In this document: positions 32,190 to 37,539 of the stretch, piece after piece
Numbering within the stretch: position 1 is the first letter of the stretch
Layout: the number at the start of each line of letters is the position of its first letter
Source of the DNA: Octopus bimaculoides
Lineage: Eukaryota
Reading direction: 5' to 3'
NCBI RefSeq assembly: GCF_001194135.2
Contig: NC_068983.1
Span: 53,695,441 to 53,732,979 of the forward strand
Length of the DNA stretch: 37,539 bases
The notes under the pieces: generated by a model
Database searches by the model: none
Seen by the model: only the letters and a program-made list of their open reading frames with translations
What the model was told of the DNA's origin: nothing
Position numbers and translations under genes: made by a program

Positions 32190-32790
32190 AAAAGGCCTGA
32201 AATTTTGGGAGAGATGGGTGGTATAGTTAATTACATAGGCTGTTGTGCTCAGTTGGTGGAGGTGCAATGGCCCAGTGGTTAGGGCAGCAGACTCGCGGTC
32301 ATAGGATCGCGGTTTCGATTCCCAGACCGGGCGGCGTTGTGAGTGTTTATTGAGCGAAAACACCTAAAGCTCCACGAGGCTCCGGCAGGGGATGGTGGCG
32401 AACCCTGCTGTACTCTTTCACCATAACTTTCTCTCACTCTTACTTCCTGTTTCTGTTGTGCCTGTAATTCAAAGGGTCAGCCTTGTCACACTGTGTCATG
32501 CTGGATATCCCCGAGAACTACGTTAAGGGTACACGTGTCTGTGGAGTGCTCAGCCACTTGCACGTTAATTTCACGAGCAGGCTGTTCCATTGATCGAATC
32601 AACTGGAACCCTCGACATCGTAAGTGACGGAGTGCCAACAACAGTGCTCAGCTGGTATTTATTTTATCGTCTCTCTAAAAGGACAAACAGTAAAGATGAC
32701 TTTGACAGAATTTGAACTCAGAATGTAAAGCTAGAAAAAAATGCTGCTAAGCATTTTGTGCAATGGGCTAACAATTCTACCAGTCAGTTG
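32190..32790 (-). mobile_element. Older family-D SINE split by the family-C insertion
   Basis: aaggcctgaaattttggga... before and ...agaatttgaactcagaatgtaaagc...gctaagcattttgtgc after the C element. Confidence 0.7.
32257..32643 (+). mobile_element. tRNA-derived SINE (family C), full length with TSD, nested in a family-D SINE
   Basis: A-box TGGCCCAGTGG, B-box GGTTTCGATTCC, (AAC)n tail; TSD gtgctcag(t/c)tgg at 32245-32256 and 32644-32655. Confidence 0.92.
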
Positions 32791-33039
32791 CTGTAACCCA
32801 TATATGCCCATAAAAAAATGAACTCTTAAAAATTTCACTGTATTTAGAATAAACATTATGGTAAGCTTTCACGACCTGGAAGAGAAGGACAGTATGCAAC
32901 TGTTAGCTGCGGGTGTCAACTACCTACTGAACATTTTATATGCTCAGTCAGATGCCTCCTGGTGAGTTCGTGTCCAAACAAGTAGGAGCAGGTTTTGTAT
33001 TGCAAAAACACAACCAGGGGTATATATGGATAATATTGT

Positions 33040-33235
33040 TTCAAATTTTGGCACATGTCCAGCAATCTTATCGAATCTAGTGCAGTACTGGTACTTATTT
33101 TACTAACTCTGAAAGGAGGGAGGGCAACATCAACTTTGGTGGGATTTGAACTCAGAACATAAAACTGGAAGAAATGCAGCTAGGTATTTTGTCCAGCATG
33201 TTAACAATTTTACCAGCTTGCCACAAGATATAAAT
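33040..33235 (-). mobile_element. Older family-D SINE
   Basis: tactggtacttatttt...gggatttgaactcagaacataaa...ccagcatgttaacaattttaccagcttgcc. Confidence 0.7.
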
Positions 33236-33238
33236 TAA

Positions 33239-33297
<59 letters not shown>

Positions 33298-33322
33298 TAT
33301 TGTACATAAAAGTGAATATTAC

Positions 33323-33390
33323 CTGTAGCACACTACCAAGAAGAGAAGCAACGTAGGCGAAAGCAAGGCATACAATTCCAAGAACAAGAA
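33323..33390 (-). CDS. SLC5A8-like: SLC5 exon (68 nt, phase 1 to 0): (V)LVLGIVCLAFAYVASLLGSVLQ
   Basis: Acceptor tttcttccag|, donor cag|gtaata; hydrophobic helix ending in the typical ASxLGxVLQ motif. Confidence 0.94.
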
Positions 33391-34037
33391 CTGGAAGAAA
33401 TTAGAACATTTTATTAAGTATATGAAGAAAAAAAATCATGTTTTTCACTTATGTTTCATTGCAAAACTACACATAACAGCTACTGCATTTACTCAAAATA
33501 CATCGGGGTTTGTGAAGAGCACAACAGGGGCATAATGCTATTTCATATAAATTTGCTTACAGTTCTCCTCCAGTTATAGGAGCCACTTAAGGGCCTTAGT
33601 CTTGCAAGTTACAAGTCAGTCTTTGCTAGTGTTGGTTTCATGAAAAACAGCACCCAAAATTTTCCGTAAAGTGGTTGGAATTAGAAAGGGCATCCAAAAC
33701 AGATATTGGTGCATGACATAGTCCTCTCATTCATTGGGTCCTGATATTAAATTGTCTAATCTATGCCAACATGAAAGTTGAATATTAAATGAAGATGGTG
33801 ATGATGATAATGGTTTTGTTTCTGTTTACCCTTCATATATAACGGGTCAGTACCAGTTTGGTTATACCATCCACAACATGGTTAATACGTAAATGGTGAG
33901 GGTTAAATGTTATAGACTGTAGACAAAGTAGTGAACTAATAATGGTATGAGAACCATTTAATCCTTCAGCCAGTCATCCAAAGCTTGGTTTTCTGTAACT
34001 CTTTTGAAGATAAGAGCAACACAAAACAAGAGTTGCA

Positions 34038-34458
34038 ATCATCATCATCATCAGCTGGATGCCCTTCCTAATGCCAACCACTCTGAGAGTGTTGTGGATG
34101 CTTTTTACGTGCCACCGGCATGAAAGTGAGACCGTTGCTCTGGCAGTAATCCTGCTCAGATGTTGCTGTTAGCGCTCCACTGACATGGGTGCCAGTCATC
34201 GAATTTGGTTCAGTTTCGATCTCACTTGCCCCAACAGGTCTTCGCAAGCTGAGTTTAGTGTTCAGTGAAGGAAGGTTGGCATGGGTGCCAGTCAACGAAT
34301 TTGGTTCAATTTTCAATTTCAATTTCACTTGCCTCAACAGGTCTTCGCAAGCAGGGTTTTTGTGTCCAAAGAAGGAAAGGTACGCACAAGCGGGCTGGCT
34401 ACACCCCCTGGTAAAGGCCATGGGTTATGGTCTCACTTGTCTTGCCGGGTCTTCTCAA
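34038..34458 (-). mobile_element. Family-B variant with different internal modules
   Basis: (CAT)n-cagctggatgcccttcctaatgccaaccactc..., two gggtgccagtca..gaatttggttca modules, head tctcacttgtcttgccgggtcttctc. Confidence 0.75.
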
Positions 34459-34523
34459 TGACTAGAATTTTTAATACACATTACCCAAAGCAGTGAAAAA
34501 TCATTTTGAAAATCCAGTAAAAT

Positions 34524-35182
34524 AGGTGCAGGTGTGGCTGTGTGGTATGAAGTTTGTTTCCTAACCACATGGTTCCAGGTTCAGTCCCATTATGTGGAAA
34601 CTTGGGTGAGTGTCTTCTGCTTTAGCAGTGGGCCAACCAAAATCTTGTGAGTGAGTCTGTTAGACAAAAACTGAAAAAACCTGTTGCATATAGATGTGTG
34701 TGTGCGAGCATGTGTGTGTGCGAGCATGTGTGTGTGTTTGTGTGTGTGTATAGTTATATGTGTGTCTGTGTGTGTCTGGGTTTTTCTGCCACCACCACTG
34801 ATAGCTGGCATTGGTATGTTTATATCCTCATAACTTAGCAGTTTGGCAAAAGTGACTGATAAAGTAAGTATCTGGCTTTAAAATAAGTACTTGGTCAATT
34901 TGTTCAATTAAATCATTGTTTCTCAACCATTTTTACCTTTGGACCCCTTTGGTTTCATTCGATGTTTTAAAAAATCATGTTATATTTTTATAATAAAATA
35001 TTATTAGGAATTCTATTAAAAAAAATTGTTAAAATATTGTGTATTTTAAGAGCAAAATCTTATATTGGCCCCAAAGAGCCATATAGACCCCAGTTGTAAA
35101 CCTCCAGTTGAGAACTAAACCCTTCAAAATAGTACCCCAGTATGGCTGCAGTCCAATGACTGAATCAAGTAAAAGATAAAAG
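34524..35182 (+). mobile_element. Older family-A SINE interrupted by an ~200-bp insert (about 34912-35112)
   Basis: Head aggtgcaggtgtggctgtgtgg; 3' end cagtatggctgcagtccaatgactgaatcaagtaaaagataaaag resumes after the insert. Confidence 0.75.
34912..35112. mobile_element. Possible hAT-like MITE
   Basis: Ends cattgtttctcaacc and cagttgagaac; interrupts a family-A SINE; TSD not clean. Confidence 0.45.
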
Positions 35183-35779
35183 TCAAAGCATTAATTCTTT
35201 TGTGATGATATTTATAATGAAGTTCATTCTCTATGAAAGGTTTAATGAAATAACTGAACTCTCCAACATTAGCCTTTAAACAACAAACATTGTCAATTCA
35301 TGTTTCATAAATTTTGCATAGATACAGCCATCATCACAGGAAAGGGAATATTTTACAGCACTTTTCAATAGGGAGATTGTAAATTTTACTGTGTAAGAGA
35401 CTAGCAATTATAGTTTTTGTACTTATATAAAAGTGAAAGCCCGTTTGGCACACTCATTCATGCAACCTTTTCACATCATTTAAGAATAAAGCTGGGAGAT
35501 TGGAACATGGCTTAACCAAAAATTTGTCTCACAATATTAATGGGTGCTTTTTTCATGACACAAGAATTTGTGATGATTGCCTGATAATTTGCAATGCTGA
35601 AGAAAGCTTAAGCTTAAATACAAACACTTCAAAATGTCCAATTTTGTATCACAGGTTCAAGGTAGCCTCAGGTGAGTTGATACCAAAAGGATTAAATCAT
35701 TTACTTTAGAAATAGATTGTAGAAAGAAATAATAAAATCTATAGAAATGTTTTCAAAAACATTACGGCATTCTACTTAC

Positions 35780-35895
35780 CTAGAATTTTGGAAATAATAG
35801 TTGCTTTTTTTTCAGGTAAATCCTTCACAATATAAGCCTTTATGACATCTTGAAGGATTACAGTAGAAAGTGAATTTAATCCGGATGAAATTGTA
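35780..35895 (-). CDS. SLC5A8-like: SLC5 exon (116 nt, phase 2 to 1): (S)TISSGLNSLSTVILQDVIKAYIVKDLPEKKATIISKIL
   Basis: Acceptor ttattttag|, donor |gtaagt; STISSGLNSL is the conserved SSS-family S(T/V)SSG(L/I)N(S/A)L motif. Confidence 0.95.
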
Positions 35896-36257
35896 CTAAA
35901 ATAAATCCCCAAAATATATAATGATTAAAATAAATAGCTAAAGGAATTAAAAGACATAAAAACATTAACAATATTAATCACATCAAAGGCAATTTGCAAC
36001 AAAGAATTGTTTGAGCATGAGAGGAAAAACATTGTGATATATAGTTACAGACTTTTGTGATCAGTGTTTAAATTCAGCTGAGGTCAATTTTGCTTTTTAT
36101 TCATCCTGGGTTGATAAAATAAAATATGTGTCTAGTACTACTCTTCCTGTTGTCAATCTTCACCTGTTTCATATGAAATAGTAATTTCTTATGTAAGACA
36201 TGTGTCCATGGATGATTGAAAACAAAGAACACTGAACCTCATACACACACACACACA

Positions 36258-36298
<41 letters not shown>

Positions 36299-36954
36299 AA
36301 GTAAAGTTGTGGAATACCGTACGAGTGGAAATATATATGAAAGATGGTTTGAAAATGCACTTATTTTTAAAATATTTATTTACTTAACCGGTTTCACTTT
36401 TTTNNNNNNNNNNNNNNNNNNNNNNNNNNNNNNNNNNNNNNNNNNNNNNNNNNNNNNNNNNNNNNNNNNNNNNNNNNNNNNNNNNNNNNNNNNNNNNNNN
36501 NNNNNNNNNNNNNNNNNNNNNNNNNNNNNNNNNNNNNNNNNNNNNNNNNNNNNNNNNNNNNNNNNNNNNNNNNNNNNNNNNNNNNNNNNNNNNNNNNNNN
36601 NNNNNNNNNNNNNNNNNNNNNNNNNNNNNNNNNNNNNNNNNNNNNNNNNNNNNNNNNNNNNNNNNNNNNNNNNNNNNNNNNNNNNNNNNNNNNNNNNNNN
36701 NNNNNNNNNNNNNNNNNNNNNNNNNNNNNNNNNNNNNNNNNNNNNNNNNNNNNNNNNNNNNNNNNNNNNNNNNNNNNNNNNNNNNNNNNNNNNNNNNNNN
36801 NNNNNNNNNNNNNNNNNNNNNNNNNNNNNNNNNNNNNNNNNGCTAGCTGGGGTGGGAGGGAAGAAGAGTTAAAAAGGATTTTTTTTATTTTTGGTTGGTC
36901 TGTGACTTAGTCTGTCATGGTTCACTGGTTTTTGGGACTGGTTTTGTGCACATC

Positions 36955-37539
36955 TCTATGTGTGTGCGTATATATGTGTGTTTGTGCCCGTGTGTGTGTG
37001 TGTCGTTTTTATTGGTCCCAGAGTTTATTGTGGAATGTGTATATGAGTGTGTGTTTGAGTGTTTTTTGTGTCGGTGGGGATGTTAGGTGTGTGTACGTGA
37101 GAGTGTGCGTATATCTCTTTGTCTGAGTATGTATGTGTTGTTTTGATCGTCCTTGTGGTGTGTGTGTGTGAGAGCAACCGTATGTATGTGTGAGGGTGTG
37201 TACGTATGTGTGCGTATGTGTGTGTATGTGTGCATGGGAGTGTTTTGTGTGAGTGTGGGAGTGTGTGTGTGTGTCTCTCTGTCTGAGTGGGTGTGTTGTT
37301 TTAAATATCCTTGTGGTGTGTGTGTGTGTGTGTGTGTGTGTAAGCAAACGTATGTGTGTGATGGTTCATATGTATGTGTATGTCTGTATGTGTGCGTGTG
37401 TGGCATGTGTATATGAGTATGTGTGTATTTTATCTATGGTAGGATGGTGTGTGTATGTGTGTGCACGTTTGTGTGAGTGTGTATGTGTGTGATTAATATT
37501 TGTTAGGGTGTTGTGTGTGCGCATGTATGTGTATGTGTA
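36955..37539. repeat. TG-rich low-complexity degenerate repeat
   Basis: Strong T/G skew on the plus strand with interrupted (TG)n; no coding signature. Confidence 0.85.

Larger units (their letters stand above)
6703..35895 (-). other. SLC5A8-like: Span of the visible 3' part of a multi-exon SLC5 sodium:solute symporter gene (SMCT/SMVT/NIS clade); 5' exons not visible (beyond the window or in the gap 36404-36841)
   Basis: Seven manually found GT-AG exons join in frame with phases 2|1|0|0|2|1|0: (S)[111 protein letters not shown]...GCNWN...-WSPLIDLYRLSYLWYSAEAVLIAVGIGLIISFITG-ATKPSKIDARLIVPIFDILFPYLPEQIRKPLRFGVNHKD-...YESTV*. These motifs are characteristic of the C-terminal half of SLC5A5/6/8/12. 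Exact orthologue not determinable without a phylogeny. Confidence 0.93.

Overview
AT-rich, microsatellite-dense eukaryotic DNA with six N-gaps. The repeat landscape looks like an Octopus (coleoid cephalopod) short-read assembly; that is an inference from repeat appearance, not a database match. The one host gene I can support is missed by the ORF track because it is split into short exons. It is the 3' part of a minus-strand SLC5 sodium:solute symporter of the SLC5A5/A6/A8/A12 (NIS/SMVT/SMCT) clade. Seven exons (35780-35895, 33323-33390, 29402-29488, 28967-29142, 19704-19804, 18116-18234, 6703-6942) all have GT-AG ends and compatible phases and end in a class I PDZ-type tail (YESTV*). The upstream exons are not visible. 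The introns and downstream region are filled with several SINE families, R4/Dong-type RLE retrotransposon 3' ends at (TAA)n tracts, a Penelope-like GIY-YIG fragment, a Tc1/mariner remnant, TTAA-flanked MITEs and simple repeats. The most interesting object is at 15241-15612: a tRNA-headed SINE carrying a Penelope-type minimal hammerhead ribozyme motif, with an inverted copy of almost exactly the post-cleavage segment and a 12-bp TSD. Next are a ~94%-identical inverted SINE pair bracketing two coding exons and an unexplained 87-bp palindrome. Most long ORFs in the supplied track are microsatellite or N-gap artefacts.
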